A DNA stretch of 38,122 nt from an uncultured Pseudoalteromonadaceae bacterium (GCA_964629005.1 CAZVPC010000001.1:1-38122); one strand, 5' to 3'. Shown: positions 8,907-19,721, numbered from the stretch's first letter. Translations and numbers: made by a program. Notes: a model not told the origin generated them from the letters alone.

Positions 8907-8915
8907 TGGTATAAA
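8907..8915 (+). promoter_or_regulatory. rpsB extended -10 promoter element (TGgTATAAA)
   Basis: TATGGTATAAAGTGCGCC resembles the extended -10 TGTGGTATAAA reported for the E. coli rpsB promoter. It lies about 230 nt upstream of the rpsB ATG. Confidence 0.5.
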
Positions 8916-8921
8916 GTGCGC

Positions 8922-9140
8922 CGCTGAATTTTGTCTTTGGGTCTCACTCGTCGATAAAATGTCAGTAATTAACCGTGTCGACATTAATTTAGTAAGCTAA
9001 CTAATGCGGCATAACAATAAAATTCACATACATCTCATTAAAAGGTATACCGGGGTGCTCTCTTAGTTAGCTCTTAGCTTAACTATAAAACGAGTCGTGT
9101 ATATCGGATGTATGGACGCTTAACCCCAATAGGATTAAAA
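8922..9140 (+). promoter_or_regulatory. Long structured rpsB 5' leader (candidate S2 autoregulatory leader)
   Basis: A non-coding leader of about 220 nt with several hairpins, for example AATGTC...GACATT (958-988 region) and TAGTTAGC...GCTTAACTA (about 9064-9085). The 5' boundary is inferred from the promoter call. Confidence 0.4.
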
Positions 9141-9872
9141 ATGCCAAATATTTCAATGCGTGATTTACTTAAAGCTGGTGCCCATTTCGGTCACAAAACT
9201 CGTTACTGGAATCCAAAAATGAAACCCTTCATTTTTGGTGCTCGCGATAAAGTTCATATCATCAACTTAGAAAAAACTGTGCCTATGTTTGCTGACGCTT
9301 TAGCTCTATTGTCTAATGTTTCATCTAAAAAAGGTAAAGTTTTATTTGTTGGTACTAAGCGCGCCGCTGGCGAAGCAATCAAAGAAGCTGGTTTGAAAAG
9401 CGAGCAATTTTTTGTGAACCATCGCTGGTTAGGTGGTATGTTGACTAACTGGAAAACAGTACGTCAATCTATCAAACGTTTAAAAGACTTAGAAGCGCAA
9501 ACCACTGATGGTACTTTTGAAGCGTTAACAAAGAAAGAAGCGTTAATGCGTACTCGTGAAATGATCAAACTAGATAAAAGTTTAGGTGGCATCAAAAACA
9601 TGGGTGGTTTACCTGACGTTTTATTTGTGATCGATGCTGATCATGAACACATTGCTATTAAAGAAGCGAACAACCTTGGCATTCCAGTAATCTCAATTGT
9701 TGATACTAACTCAAATCCAGATGGTGTTGATTACATCATACCGGGTAACGATGATGCAATTCGTTCAATTAACTTGTACTTAGACTTAGCTTGCTCAGCG
9801 ATTACTGAAGGTCGTGAGCAAAATATCGTCGTTCAAGCTGAAAAAGACGGTTTTGTTGAAGCAGAAACTTGA
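9141..9872 (+). CDS. rpsB: 30S ribosomal protein S2
   Basis: [50 protein letters not shown] aligns from residue 1 with E. coli S2. AGGA precedes ATG 9141, so the ORF-track start at 9108 was trimmed. Confidence 0.97.
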   Translation: MPNISMRDLLKAGAHFGHKTRYWNPKMKPFIFGARDKVHIINLEKTVPMFADALALLSNVSSKKGKVLFVGTKRAAGEAIKEAGLKSEQFFVNHRWLGGMLTNWKTVRQSIKRLKDLEAQTTDGTFEALTKKEALMRTREMIKLDKSLGGIKNMGGLPDVLFVIDADHEHIAIKEANNLGIPVISIVDTNSNPDGVDYIIPGNDDAIRSINLYLDLACSAITEGREQNIVVQAEKDGFVEAET

Positions 9873-9994
9873 TCCTAACGTTGCGGTTTAGTTTGTAGAC
9901 TCAACTGCAGAAGCTAGCATGTTTTTTTGAGATGGCAACAGGGTTTATATTTTCTATGTTGCCGTATTAACATTTATTTTTGAGGAATTAACCC

Positions 9995-10870
9995 ATGGCA
10001 ATTACTGCTGCAATGGTTAAAGAACTTCGTGAACGCACAGCTGCGGGCATGATGGATTGTAAAAAAGCGTTAGTTGAAGCTGATGGCGATATGGAATTAG
10101 CCATTGATAACATGCGTAAATCAGGTCAAGCGAAAGCGGCTAAAAAAGCAGGCCGTATCGCGGCTGAAGGTGTTATTTTAACTAAAACTGCAAATGGCGT
10201 AGCAACTATTGTTGAACTTAACTGTGAAACTGATTTTGTTGCCCGTGACGAAAGCTTTAAAGCATTTGGTCAAGCACTGATCAATGCTGCTTTTGAAAGT
10301 AGAGCCAATGATGTTACTGTATTAAATGCAGTTAGTTTAGGCGAACACACTATTGAAGAAACTCGTGCTAATTTAGTCGCTAAAATTGGTGAAAACATGA
10401 CTGTACGTCGTGTGCAAACTATTGAAGGCGCTGAGCTTATGGCTGAGTACGTGCATAGTGGCAAAATAGGTGTTGTGGTCGCTCTTAATGGTGGTGATGC
10501 AGAATTAGCGAAACATCTTGCTATGCATACTGCGGCTTCTAACCCTCAATACATTAAACCAGAAGATGTTCCGGCTGATGTTGTTGAGAAAGAAAAAGCT
10601 ATTCAACTTGATATCGCGGTACAAAGTGGCAAACCACAAGCCATTGCTGAAAAAATGGTAACCGGTCGTATGGCTAAGTTTACTGGCGAAATCAGCTTAA
10701 CTGGTCAAGCTTTCATTATGGATCCATCTCAAAAAGTTGGACAACTTTTGAAAGAAAAATCGGCTGAAGTAACAAGTTTTGTTCGTTTTGAAGTGGGTGA
10801 AGGTATCGAGAAAAAATCAGAAGATTTTGCTGCTGAAGTAGAAGCAACGATTGCTGCTACTAAAGCCTAA
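9995..10870 (+). CDS. tsf: Elongation factor Ts
   Basis: 291 aa. [29 protein letters not shown] is the canonical EF-Ts N-terminus. Follows rpsB as in other gammaproteobacteria. Confidence 0.97.
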   Translation: MAITAAMVKELRERTAAGMMDCKKALVEADGDMELAIDNMRKSGQAKAAKKAGRIAAEGVILTKTANGVATIVELNCETDFVARDESFKAFGQALINAAFESRANDVTVLNAVSLGEHTIEETRANLVAKIGENMTVRRVQTIEGAELMAEYVHSGKIGVVVALNGGDAELAKHLAMHTAASNPQYIKPEDVPADVVEKEKAIQLDIAVQSGKPQAIAEKMVTGRMAKFTGEISLTGQAFIMDPSQKVGQLLKEKSAEVTSFVRFEVGEGIEKKSEDFAAEVEATIAATKA

Positions 10871-10956
10871 TTCTTTATATTCATCAATTATTTTGAATTG
10901 TATTTTGAATTGAATTACGCTCATTTAAATTCGGATGAGCATTATTAAGTTAAAAG

Positions 10957-10983
10957 GCGTCTACATTGTAGGCGCTTTTTTTT
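10957..10983 (+). terminator. tsf rho-independent terminator
   Basis: GCGTCTAC-att-GTAGGCGC (8-bp stem with one G-U pair) followed by T8 (10976-10983). Confidence 0.75.
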
Positions 10984-11105
10984 GTTTATTTGGTTATAAG
11001 CAATAACTATTTTTTTTAAAAGCTTTCGATAGTTGTAAAAAACCATTAAAATGACAGCGGTCAATATTGTCCGTGGTTATTTTTATCTACAGGAATACCT
11101 ATTCT

Positions 11106-11846
11106 ATGAGCATCAACCCTAAACCTAAGTATCGTCGTATTCTTCTTAAACTCAGTGGCGAAGCCTTAATGGGTGAAGAAGGTTTTGGTATTGATCCAAA
11201 AGTGCTTGATCGTATGGCGCAAGAAATTAAAGAATTAATTGAGATGGGTATTCAAGTGGGTTTAGTCATTGGCGGTGGTAATTTATTTCGTGGTGCAGGT
11301 CTTGCAGAAGCGGGTATGAATCGTGTTGTTGGCGACCAAATGGGTATGCTTGCTACAGTTATGAATGGTTTGGCGATGCGTGATGCCTTGCATCGTGCTT
11401 TTGTTAATGCTCGTTTGATGTCGGCTATTGATTTAGCGGGTGTTTGTGATACTTATAACTGGGCGGAAGCAATTAGTTTATTAAAAACGGGTCGAGTGGT
11501 GATTTTTTCTGCGGGTACCGGTAATCCATTTTTTACTACTGACTCTGCGGCTTGTTTACGTGGTATCGAAATTGAAGCAGACGCGGTATTAAAAGCAACG
11601 AAAGTTGATGGTGTTTATTCGGCTGATCCGGTAAAAAATCCTGAAGCAGAGCTTTATTCACACTTAACTTATCAAGATGTGTTAGAAAAAGAATTAAAAG
11701 TAATGGATTTATCTGCCTTTACTTTAGCTCGTGATCACAGTATGCCAATTAGAGTGTTTAATATGAATAAACCGGGTGCATTAAAAGCTGTGATCATGGG
11801 TGAGCCAGAAGGTACTATTATCAATCATGGTAATACCCAGAATTAA
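11106..11846 (+). CDS. pyrH: UMP kinase
   Basis: [21 protein letters not shown] and [13 protein letters not shown] motifs. The ORF-track start at 11067 was trimmed to ATG 11106 by comparison with E. coli PyrH. Confidence 0.95.
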   Translation: MSINPKPKYRRILLKLSGEALMGEEGFGIDPKVLDRMAQEIKELIEMGIQVGLVIGGGNLFRGAGLAEAGMNRVVGDQMGMLATVMNGLAMRDALHRAFVNARLMSAIDLAGVCDTYNWAEAISLLKTGRVVIFSAGTGNPFFTTDSAACLRGIEIEADAVLKATKVDGVYSADPVKNPEAELYSHLTYQDVLEKELKVMDLSAFTLARDHSMPIRVFNMNKPGALKAVIMGEPEGTIINHGNTQN

Positions 11847-12038
11847 AATAAAATGGTAGACGTGTTTTTGCATGCAGGGATGTAGGTACTTAGGTTTTGT
11901 CTGGAACTACTAACCTCAACCGCATGCTTTTAGATGATAAATCTTCTCTTACAAAAGATTTACAATCAATACATTAAAAATAAGATAACAATATTGTAGA
12001 GTAGAGCCAAAATATTAGTTGTTTAAGGAATATTTACA

Positions 12039-12596
12039 GTGATAAATGAAATAAAAAATGATGCTCAAGCGCGTATGGGTAAAAGTATTGAGTCATTCAA
12101 AACCCATTTAAATAAAATTAGAACGGGCCGTGCCCATCCGTCATTGCTTGATAATATTACCGTTGATTATTATGGTATGGCAACACCGTTAAACCAAGTG
12201 GGTAATTTATCAACACCCGATGCGCGTACTTTGGCGATCACTGTTTTTGATAAAGGCATGATTGGAGCGGTTGAAAAAGCAATTTTAAAATCAGATTTAG
12301 GTTTAAATCCTTCGTCAAATGGCACCTTGATCCGTATACCATTACCACCATTAACAGAAGAACGTCGTAAAGAGTTGGTAAAAGTAGTACGTGGTGAAGC
12401 TGAAAATGGTAAAATTTCTATTCGTAATATTCGTCGCGACGCTAATTCCGATATTAAGGACTTAGAAAAAGAGAAAGAGATCAGCGAAGATGAACAGCAT
12501 AAAGCAGAAGATGAAATTCAAAAAATAACTGACTCATTTATTAAACAAGTTGACGAAATTTTAGCCGTAAAAGAAAAAGAATTAATGGAAGTTTGA
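12039..12596 (+). CDS. frr: Ribosome recycling factor
   Basis: 185 aa, colinear with E. coli Frr over its full length ([20 protein letters not shown]). GTG start 9 nt after AAGGA. Confidence 0.96.
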   Translation: MINEIKNDAQARMGKSIESFKTHLNKIRTGRAHPSLLDNITVDYYGMATPLNQVGNLSTPDARTLAITVFDKGMIGAVEKAILKSDLGLNPSSNGTLIRIPLPPLTEERRKELVKVVRGEAENGKISIRNIRRDANSDIKDLEKEKEISEDEQHKAEDEIQKITDSFIKQVDEILAVKEKELMEV

Positions 12597-12617
12597 TTTT
12601 TTCGTTGATTATTACTT

Positions 12618-12649
12618 AACGCCGTAGATAATGTCTGCGGCGTTGTTTT
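12618..12649 (+). terminator. frr terminator
   Basis: AACGCCGTAG / CTGCGGCGTT stem of about 10 bp, followed by GTTTT. Confidence 0.6.
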
Positions 12650-12680
12650 ATCTGACGTCTTAATTAGAGGTGATTTTTTA

Positions 12681-12725
12681 ATGAGCAAAATGCTAATTAA
12701 CAACACATGGAAATTTTGTGAGTAA
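12681..12725 (+). CDS. Candidate 14-codon upstream ORF ([14 protein letters not shown]) overlapping the uppS start
   Basis: Strong Shine-Dalgarno AGAGGTGA (12666-12673) lies 7 nt before ATG 12681. The stop TAA (12723-12725) overlaps the uppS GTG (12718) within GTGAGTAA. There is no homology evidence. Confidence 0.3.
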   Translation: MSKMLINNTWKFCE

Positions 12726-13470
12726 CGCAGAACTAACTGATCCAAATGAAGATTTAATACCTCAACATATCGCTATTATTATGGATGGGAATGGACGTTG
12801 GGCTAAACAACGTGGCAAATCACGGGTATTTGGTCATAAATCAGGCGTTGAAACGGTACGTTCATCTGTTTCTACAGCACGAAAACTTGGTGTGCAGGCC
12901 TTAACTTTGTTTGCTTTTAGTAGTGAGAACTGGCAACGACCAGAGCAAGAGGTTGGCGTGTTAATGGACTTATTCATGTTTGTGTTAACGCGAGAAGTTA
13001 AACGATTACATAAAAATGATATTAAGTTTCAAGTGATTGGCGACGTAAGCCGCTTTTCGATAAAACTACAAAAAAAAATAATTGATGCACAAAAATTAAC
13101 AGAAAATAATACCAGTATGGTACTTTCGGTTGCGGCGAATTATGGCGGACGTTGGGATATAAGCCATGCAGCTAAAATTTTAGCGACTCAAGTTGCTAAT
13201 CATGAAATAACCCTTGAAGATATAAATGAACACAGTTTAAATCAGCATGTTTGTTTAGCTGATTTACCGGAACTAGATTTACTTATTCGTACTGGTGGTG
13301 ATTTTAGAATAAGTAATTTTTTATTATGGCAAGCTGCCTATGCCGAGTTTTATTTTACAGAAACCTTGTGGCCTGATTTTGATGAACAACAATTTAAAAA
13401 AGCATTGTCAACTTTCAGTCAAAGAGAACGACGATTTGGTCAAACTGGCGAGCAAGTAAAACTTACTTAA
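12718..13470 (+). CDS. uppS: Ditrans,polycis-undecaprenyl-diphosphate synthase
   Basis: [19 protein letters not shown] and [15 protein letters not shown] motifs. GTG is the first possible in-frame start, because an in-frame stop lies at 12694. Confidence 0.95.
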   Translation: MSNAELTDPNEDLIPQHIAIIMDGNGRWAKQRGKSRVFGHKSGVETVRSSVSTARKLGVQALTLFAFSSENWQRPEQEVGVLMDLFMFVLTREVKRLHKNDIKFQVIGDVSRFSIKLQKKIIDAQKLTENNTSMVLSVAANYGGRWDISHAAKILATQVANHEITLEDINEHSLNQHVCLADLPELDLLIRTGGDFRISNFLLWQAAYAEFYFTETLWPDFDEQQFKKALSTFSQRERRFGQTGEQVKLT

Positions 13471-13498
13471 TAAAATAAAAGAATAAAAGGAAACTCAT

Positions 13499-14365
13499 TT
13501 GCTAATACAACGAATTTTAACAGCCTTAATTTTAGCTCCGTTGGCAATAACGGCAATATTTTATTTACCGTTAACTTATTTTGCGGGTTTTATTTTAATT
13601 GTTATGGCAATTGGCGCTTGGGAATGGGGGCCCTTTATGGGGTTTTCCAGTAATCGCCGCCGTATATTCTTTGTGTTGACTAACGTCATTCTGATCTCGA
13701 TGCTCTGGCTTGCTTTACCGTTAGATAAACTCTGGACAAGTGCGAGTGAACTTCATGCTTTTATTATTGGTATTTTATGGTTAACTGTTGTTTGGTGGTT
13801 ATTATCGGCTTTTTTAACGTTTGTTTATCCTCGCTATAGTGCTTTTTGGTCGAGTCATCGTTCGGTACGAGGGATCTTTGGTTGGTTGACTATTGTACCT
13901 ACATGGCTTGCCTTTATGATTTTACGTAGTCATGAATATCAAGTTGATCAATATGATGGTGCACAATTGATCATGTTTTTATTTTTAATGGTATGGAGCG
14001 CAGATGTTGGTGCCTATTTTGTGGGTAAAGCCATTGGTAAACATAAACTAATGCCTAACGTTAGCCCAGGGAAAACCGTTGAAGGTTTTTTTGGCGGTGT
14101 TCTTTTTGCTTGTTTGATGATCAGCTTGTCTGGTTATTTTATTGGTTGGTCTTGGTCACAACAATTGACGGTGTTATTAGTCACCGTGTTGATCACCACG
14201 ATTTCTGTTTTAGGCGATTTGAATGAAAGTATGTTTAAGCGTCAAGCAGGTATTAAAGACAGTGGTTCGATTTTACCGGGGCATGGTGGCATTTTAGACC
14301 GTATTGATAGTCTTACTGCAACAGCACCTGTTTATGCACTGTGTTACGTGTTTTTGGGTTGGTAA
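13499..14365 (+). CDS. cdsA: Phosphatidate cytidylyltransferase
   Basis: Multi-TM protein with the CdsA signature [31 protein letters not shown] start 7 nt after AAAGGA. Confidence 0.95.
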   Translation: MLIQRILTALILAPLAITAIFYLPLTYFAGFILIVMAIGAWEWGPFMGFSSNRRRIFFVLTNVILISMLWLALPLDKLWTSASELHAFIIGILWLTVVWWLLSAFLTFVYPRYSAFWSSHRSVRGIFGWLTIVPTWLAFMILRSHEYQVDQYDGAQLIMFLFLMVWSADVGAYFVGKAIGKHKLMPNVSPGKTVEGFFGGVLFACLMISLSGYFIGWSWSQQLTVLLVTVLITTISVLGDLNESMFKRQAGIKDSGSILPGHGGILDRIDSLTATAPVYALCYVFLGW

Positions 14366-14366
14366 T

Positions 14367-15581
14367 ATGTCGATTAGCAAAAAACAGCAAATTTGTATTT
14401 TGGGTTCAACTGGCTCTATTGGTGTTAATACGCTTGATGTTATTAGCCGTCACCGTGAAAAATTTCAAGTTACTTGCTTAACAGCGAATACACGTACGGA
14501 TGATATTTTTAAACAATGTCAACAATTTATGCCGCAAAAAGTGGTGATGGTTTGTGCAAAGGCAGCAGAGCAATTAGCGCAAAAATTGCAACAAGTTGCA
14601 CTGGATAAAATACAAGTTTATTCGGGTGAACAAGCCTTAATTGATGTTGCGCAAGACTCCGCTACAGATACTGTTATGGCCGCTATTGTTGGCTTTGCAG
14701 GTTTAATGCCGACCTTAGCTGCGGTGAAAGCCGGAAAAAAAGTTTTATTGGCAAATAAAGAAGCCTTAGTGACATCGGGGCAAATATTTATTGATGCATT
14801 AAAACATTCGGGGGCGCAATTATTACCCATTGATAGTGAGCATAACGCCATTTTTCAATGCTTACCTAATTTTGAACAACAGCGTCCGGGGTTTTGTCAA
14901 CTTCAAGAAAAGGGTATTAGTAAAATCTTACTGACTGGCTCAGGTGGACCTTTTCGTACTTTTGAACTTGCCGAGTTAGCGGATGTTACGCCAGAACAGG
15001 CGTGTGCACATCCTAATTGGGCGATGGGTCGAAAAATTTCTGTTGATTCTGCGACCATGATGAATAAGGGCTTAGAGTTCATTGAGGCAAAATGGTTATT
15101 TAATCTTAACGTTGGTGATATTCAAGTTGTCTTGCATCCACAAAGCACCATACACTCGATGGTACAGTATGTTGATGGTTCAGTTATTGCTCAACTGGGT
15201 AATCCAGATATGCGCACTCCCATTGCGCATGCGTTAGCCTATCCAGAGCGGATTGTTTCGGGCGTTGAACCGTTAGACTTTTTCGCGACTAAAGCACTTG
15301 AGTTTGAACCCGTTGATTTTAATAAGTATCCTAATCTTAAATTAGCAATTAATGCTTGTAAATTGGGACAAGCAGCTTGTACAGCCCTTAATGCCGCAAA
15401 TGAAATTGCGGTAGCTGCATTTTTAAACAAACAAATTAAATTTACCGAAATTGTAAAAATAAATGAAACTTCTATGAATAAATTTGTCTCAGAAGAGGTG
15501 ATTTGTATCGAAGATGTGATCAATTTAGATCAAAGTGTTAGGGCTTTCGCAAGTTTGTTAGTTAAAAAACATCATCATTAA
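14367..15581 (+). CDS. dxr: 1-deoxy-D-xylulose 5-phosphate reductoisomerase
   Basis: [14 protein letters not shown]-binding motif, [20 protein letters not shown] 14367 lies one nt after the cdsA stop, so the ORF-track start at 14304 was trimmed. Confidence 0.96.
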   Translation: MSISKKQQICILGSTGSIGVNTLDVISRHREKFQVTCLTANTRTDDIFKQCQQFMPQKVVMVCAKAAEQLAQKLQQVALDKIQVYSGEQALIDVAQDSATDTVMAAIVGFAGLMPTLAAVKAGKKVLLANKEALVTSGQIFIDALKHSGAQLLPIDSEHNAIFQCLPNFEQQRPGFCQLQEKGISKILLTGSGGPFRTFELAELADVTPEQACAHPNWAMGRKISVDSATMMNKGLEFIEAKWLFNLNVGDIQVVLHPQSTIHSMVQYVDGSVIAQLGNPDMRTPIAHALAYPERIVSGVEPLDFFATKALEFEPVDFNKYPNLKLAINACKLGQAACTALNAANEIAVAAFLNKQIKFTEIVKINETSMNKFVSEEVICIEDVINLDQSVRAFASLLVKKHHH

Positions 15582-15624
15582 TATTTATTGCGACTTTAAA
15601 TATAGTCAGAGGTAACCATATAAC

Positions 15625-17022
15625 GTGTTTGATTTTTTCTGGAATTTATTATCCTTTGTTGTTGCTTTGGGTATTTTAGTCACCGTGCATGAATATGGAC
15701 ATTTTTGGGTGGCACGGCGATGTGGCGTAAAAGTTGAGCGTTTTTCTGTGGGATTTGGTAAAGCGCTTTGGCGTACCACCGACAAGCTAGGAACCGAATA
15801 TGTTATCGCGCTTATTCCCTTAGGCGGGTATGTAAAAATGCTTGATGAACGGGTTGATGAGGTTAGTGAACAAGATCAAAATAAAACCTTCAACAGTAAG
15901 TCAATTTATCAACGTATTGCGATTATTGCCGCCGGACCATTAGCTAATTTTGTGTTTGCTATTTTTGCTTTTTATATGATGTTTTTAATTGGCGTGCCTA
16001 GTATTAAGCCTATTATTGGTGAAATCACGGCTGAGTCGATAGTTGCTCAAGCCGGTATTGAAAGTGGTAGCGAAATCGTTGCCGTTGCTAAGCATGAAAC
16101 CTTGACTTGGCAAGATGTTAATATGGCATTAGTGAGTTCTATTGGTGAACAAGCTGTTGATTTAAAGGTAAAATTACCTAATAGTCAATTTGTTAAACGT
16201 TATCGTTTGGATCTTAGTCAATGGCGCTTTGGTTTACATGAGTATGACTCTAAAAACAAGTCGTCTGCAAAGTCACTTAAGCAAAGTTCGGCAATAGCGA
16301 GTTTGGGATTGGCACCGTTTATCCCTAAATTGTATGCTGAAATTGCTTTTGTTCAACAGGACAGTGCGGCTGAACTGGCTGGCTTGCAGGTGGGTGATAA
16401 ATTAGTGTCGATAAATCAGCAAGCCATTGCTGATAATTGGCGTTTTTTTTCAGATGAAATTAAGCAATATCCAGCTAAAAAGGTTAATTTAACTATTTCA
16501 CGAGATCATAAAACGTTACAATTAAATATTACTCCCGAAAGTAAAGAGTTAAATGGCAAAACAGTGGGTTATTTGGGTATTTCACCTAAACGCGATGCAT
16601 ATCCACCTGAGTATCGAATTAAATTAAATTATGGGCCAATAGATGCCTTTAGCCATAGTGTTAGTAAAACATGGCAGCTAATTACCTTAAGTTTTGATAT
16701 GATCGGAAAATTGATCAGTGGTGATGTATCGGTAAAAAATTTAAGTGGTCCTATTGCGATAGCACAAGGTGCAGGCAGTAGCGCAGGTTATGGCTTTGTT
16801 TATTTTCTAGGCTTTTTAGCCTTGATCAGTGTTAATTTGGGCATAATTAATCTTTTACCTGTGCCAGTACTTGATGGCGGCCATTTACTTTATTATCTTA
16901 TAGAGCTTTTGACGGGTAAGCCAGTGCCTGAAAATATACAAGAAGCTGGGTATAAATTTGGTGCACTTGCATTATTAGGTTTGATGAGTATTGCGATTTA
17001 CAATGATTTGTTAAGATTGTAG
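15625..17022 (+). CDS. rseP: Site-2 zinc metalloprotease (sigma-E protease RseP)
   Basis: HEYGHFWVARR (HExxH), central PDZ-like region, NLLPVPVLDGGH. N-terminus is colinear with E. coli RseP. GTG start. Confidence 0.95.
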   Translation: MFDFFWNLLSFVVALGILVTVHEYGHFWVARRCGVKVERFSVGFGKALWRTTDKLGTEYVIALIPLGGYVKMLDERVDEVSEQDQNKTFNSKSIYQRIAIIAAGPLANFVFAIFAFYMMFLIGVPSIKPIIGEITAESIVAQAGIESGSEIVAVAKHETLTWQDVNMALVSSIGEQAVDLKVKLPNSQFVKRYRLDLSQWRFGLHEYDSKNKSSAKSLKQSSAIASLGLAPFIPKLYAEIAFVQQDSAAELAGLQVGDKLVSINQQAIADNWRFFSDEIKQYPAKKVNLTISRDHKTLQLNITPESKELNGKTVGYLGISPKRDAYPPEYRIKLNYGPIDAFSHSVSKTWQLITLSFDMIGKLISGDVSVKNLSGPIAIAQGAGSSAGYGFVYFLGFLALISVNLGIINLLPVPVLDGGHLLYYLIELLTGKPVPENIQEAGYKFGALALLGLMSIAIYNDLLRL

Positions 17023-17138
17023 CGGAGTCAATTATTTTCAATGGTAATTTTGTTAAAGTATGCATGTGTAAAAATGTGATTCACTCTAAATTTAGTGCCT
17101 TAAATAAAATAGAAAGAGAAGTAAAAGTTAACAATTAT

Positions 17139-19613
17139 ATGATGATAAAAAGAACTGCCTTTGCTGTCTTACTAGGCATATTGGGAACAACAGCGCATGC
17201 TTCGGAAGCTTTTCAAGTAGAAGACATACAAGTAAAAGGTTTGCAACGTGTTGCTTTAGGTGCCGCGTTAACTAATATTCCTTTTAATATTGGCGATACC
17301 TTAAATGAGTTTCGTATTTCACAATCAATAAAAGCACTTTATAAATCAGGACACTTTACTGATATTGCCGTTTCTCGTGACGGTAATCGAGTGATTTTTC
17401 GTGTTCACGAACGTGAAACAATTAGTGAAATTGAATTTGATGGTAATTCCGATCTAAAAGACGAGCAATTAACGGAGAGTCTTGACGGCAGCGACATTCG
17501 TGTTGGTGAACCTTTAGATAAAACTGTGCTATCAGGCATAGAAACGGGTTTAGAAGACTTTTATCATAGTGTCGGTAAATATAATGCAACGGTAAAAGCC
17601 GACATAACGCATTTACCTCGCAATCGGGTTAATCTTAAATTTACCTTTGTTGAAGGTGATGCGGCAGCCATCAAACAAATTAATGTGGTTGGTAATGAAA
17701 TTTTTTCGGATCAAGAAATTTTAGATAAAATAGAATTAACCTTTGGTTCTCCTTGGTGGAATTTTATGGCGCAAGACAGGTATCAAAAGCAAACCCTGCA
17801 AGGAGATATGGAAACGATTAACAGTTTTTATTTAGATCGTGGTTATTTACGTTTTAAAGTTGATTCGACTCAAGTATCAATGACGCCAGACAAGAAGGGC
17901 GTTTACATTACTTTAAATGTTACTGAAGGTAAAAAATATACCGTCAGTGATGTTGATTTTATCGGCGATATGGCGGGCTTTGAAAAAACTATTCGTGCCA
18001 TTAATCCATTACGCGCTAATAAATTATATAACGGTGCAGAAGTTACTTATACCGAAGAAATGATCAGTAAATTTTTAGGTCGATTTGGTTATGCTTATCC
18101 TAAAGTGGTTACAATTCCTGACATAAATGATGAAGATGGTACGGTAAAATTATCAATATCAGTCGATCCTGGTAAACGAGTGTATGTTAACCGTATTAAC
18201 TTTAAAGGTAATTTTGTGACTTCTGAACGTGTGTTGCGCCGTGAAATGCGTCAGCAAGAGGGAGCTTGGTTATCAAACAGTATGGTCGAAGGATCAAAAG
18301 CCCGTTTATCGCGCTTACCCTATTTAGACAAAGTTGAATTTGAAACCAAGCAATTACCCGGTAAAGATGATGTTGTTGACGTAGATTTTGAAGTAAAAGA
18401 ACAGCCATCAGGCTCGTTTACAGCGGGAGTCGGTTTTGGTTCTCGTACCGGACTCAGCTTAAATGCAGGTATTCAACAAGATAATTTTTTGGGTACTGGT
18501 AACCGTTTAGCGTTTAATATTAATACTATTAGTTACTCGAAAAGCTTAAGTGTTTCTTATACCGATCCTTATTTTACCGTGGATGGAGTTTCACTCGGTG
18601 GTAATATATTTTTTAATAGTTTTGATGCCGGTGGCGCAAACTTAGTTCAGTATAAAAATCAATCTTATGGACTTGGTTTGAATTTAGGCTTTCCAATCAA
18701 TGAATATGTTCGTATTAATTTTGGTGCGGGTTTTAAAAATAATGGCATAACTCGATTACAAACCTATGAACAAATCCAAGGTTTTTATGATTTATTCTCC
18801 GATGTAAATAATCCGGACGGGGGCTTGATTTTTAACACCTTTGATGTGTCTACCGCTATCTCACGGACAACACTAAACCGTGGTACTTTTCCCACAGCAG
18901 GATCGCAGCAAATTTTATCATTTAAAATGACGACGCCAAATTCAGACGTGAAGTATTTTAAATTTAATTTAGATACTAAATTTTATTTTCCTATTACTCG
19001 TGATCAACGTTGGACAGTGTTAACACGTTTACAAGCAAGTTACGGTAATGGTTATGGTAAAATAAATGGTAACGATCAAACCTTACCCTTTTGGGAGAAC
19101 TTTAGTGCCGGTGGCGCCGACTCGTTACGTGGTTTTAGAATTAATACCGTTGGTCCACGCGCCATTTATCGATTTCCAACCGCATTTCCACCTTCACCAG
19201 ATCCGATTGCCTCAGGTTCAGGTTGTTGTTTAGGCCCAGATCATGATTTCATCGACATTTCTACTCGATCAGTAGGCGGTAATGCATTGTTATTGGCAGG
19301 GCTAGAGTTGATCATGCCAACGCCATTTTTAGATGAAAGTTATTCAAATAGTGTTCGTACTAGTTTTTTTATTGATGCGGGTAACGTTTGGGATACGGAG
19401 TTTAATATTAAAAACTATCGTGATTTGGCGATAGATCAATTTCAAAAATTAGCAGATTACTCGGATTATAAACGTGTTCGGGCATCGGCTGGTTTATCAG
19501 TACAATGGATCTCGCCGATGGGGCCAATGATCTTTAGTTTTGCTAAGCCATTACTTTTTGAAGTGGGTGATGATACTAAATTCTTTAGTTTTAACATTGG
19601 TAAAACTTTCTAA
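17139..19613 (+). CDS. bamA: Outer-membrane protein assembly factor BamA
   Basis: Signal peptide MMIKRTAFAVLLGILGTTAHA, POTRA repeats, SLRGF loop-6 motif, C-terminal FSFNIGKTF. The ORF-track start at 17064 was trimmed. Confidence 0.96.
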   Translation: MMIKRTAFAVLLGILGTTAHASEAFQVEDIQVKGLQRVALGAALTNIPFNIGDTLNEFRISQSIKALYKSGHFTDIAVSRDGNRVIFRVHERETISEIEFDGNSDLKDEQLTESLDGSDIRVGEPLDKTVLSGIETGLEDFYHSVGKYNATVKADITHLPRNRVNLKFTFVEGDAAAIKQINVVGNEIFSDQEILDKIELTFGSPWWNFMAQDRYQKQTLQGDMETINSFYLDRGYLRFKVDSTQVSMTPDKKGVYITLNVTEGKKYTVSDVDFIGDMAGFEKTIRAINPLRANKLYNGAEVTYTEEMISKFLGRFGYAYPKVVTIPDINDEDGTVKLSISVDPGKRVYVNRINFKGNFVTSERVLRREMRQQEGAWLSNSMVEGSKARLSRLPYLDKVEFETKQLPGKDDVVDVDFEVKEQPSGSFTAGVGFGSRTGLSLNAGIQQDNFLGTGNRLAFNINTISYSKSLSVSYTDPYFTVDGVSLGGNIFFNSFDAGGANLVQYKNQSYGLGLNLGFPINEYVRINFGAGFKNNGITRLQTYEQIQGFYDLFSDVNNPDGGLIFNTFDVSTAISRTTLNRGTFPTAGSQQILSFKMTTPNSDVKYFKFNLDTKFYFPITRDQRWTVLTRLQASYGNGYGKINGNDQTLPFWENFSAGGADSLRGFRINTVGPRAIYRFPTAFPPSPDPIASGSGCCLGPDHDFIDISTRSVGGNALLLAGLELIMPTPFLDESYSNSVRTSFFIDAGNVWDTEFNIKNYRDLAIDQFQKLADYSDYKRVRASAGLSVQWISPMGPMIFSFAKPLLFEVGDDTKFFSFNIGKTF

Positions 19614-19721
19614 CAATCGATATCATTACAGGCACGCTAGTGTTGTATAACAATATTGAGCTAGATTAATACCAGTTACATAATTTAAGTTATAAAAAAT
19701 AGAAATTTTTAGGAGAAAAAG

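Noticed and set aside
9108-9140. 5' extensions in ORF-track starts: rpsB 9108, pyrH 11067, dxr 14304, bamA 17064, dnaE 24566, phnA-like 33928, ilvH 35855, FMN_bind 7414 and porin 6067.
   Set aside because: Alignment from memory with the E. coli N-termini, plus the positions of Shine-Dalgarno sequences and upstream gene stops, favours the downstream starts listed in the features.
9934-9963. GGCAACA...TGTTGCC hairpin in the rpsB-tsf spacer, as a possible intra-operon attenuator.
   Set aside because: It is a 7-bp stem with a 16-nt loop and no adjacent T-run. That is not strong enough to call, although E. coli has partial termination in this spacer.
10889-10912. Perfect 12-bp tandem duplication TATTTTGAATTG x2, about 20 nt downstream of the tsf stop.
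   Set aside because: It has only two copies, lies upstream of the real terminator and shows no obvious protein-binding symmetry. It is probably a slippage duplication in a 3' UTR.
11870-11931. Imperfect palindrome of about 60 nt, GCATGC...GTAGGT...GCATGC-TTTT, after pyrH.
   Set aside because: Only the outer 6 bp and a few inner pairs match by hand. It is plausibly the pyrH terminator or a degenerate REP, but it is too imperfect to list as a confident feature.
12518-12745. 75-aa minus-strand ORF spanning the frr 3' end, the frr terminator and the uppS start.
   Set aside because: It crosses a terminator and two real genes, has a low-complexity translation and has no signals.
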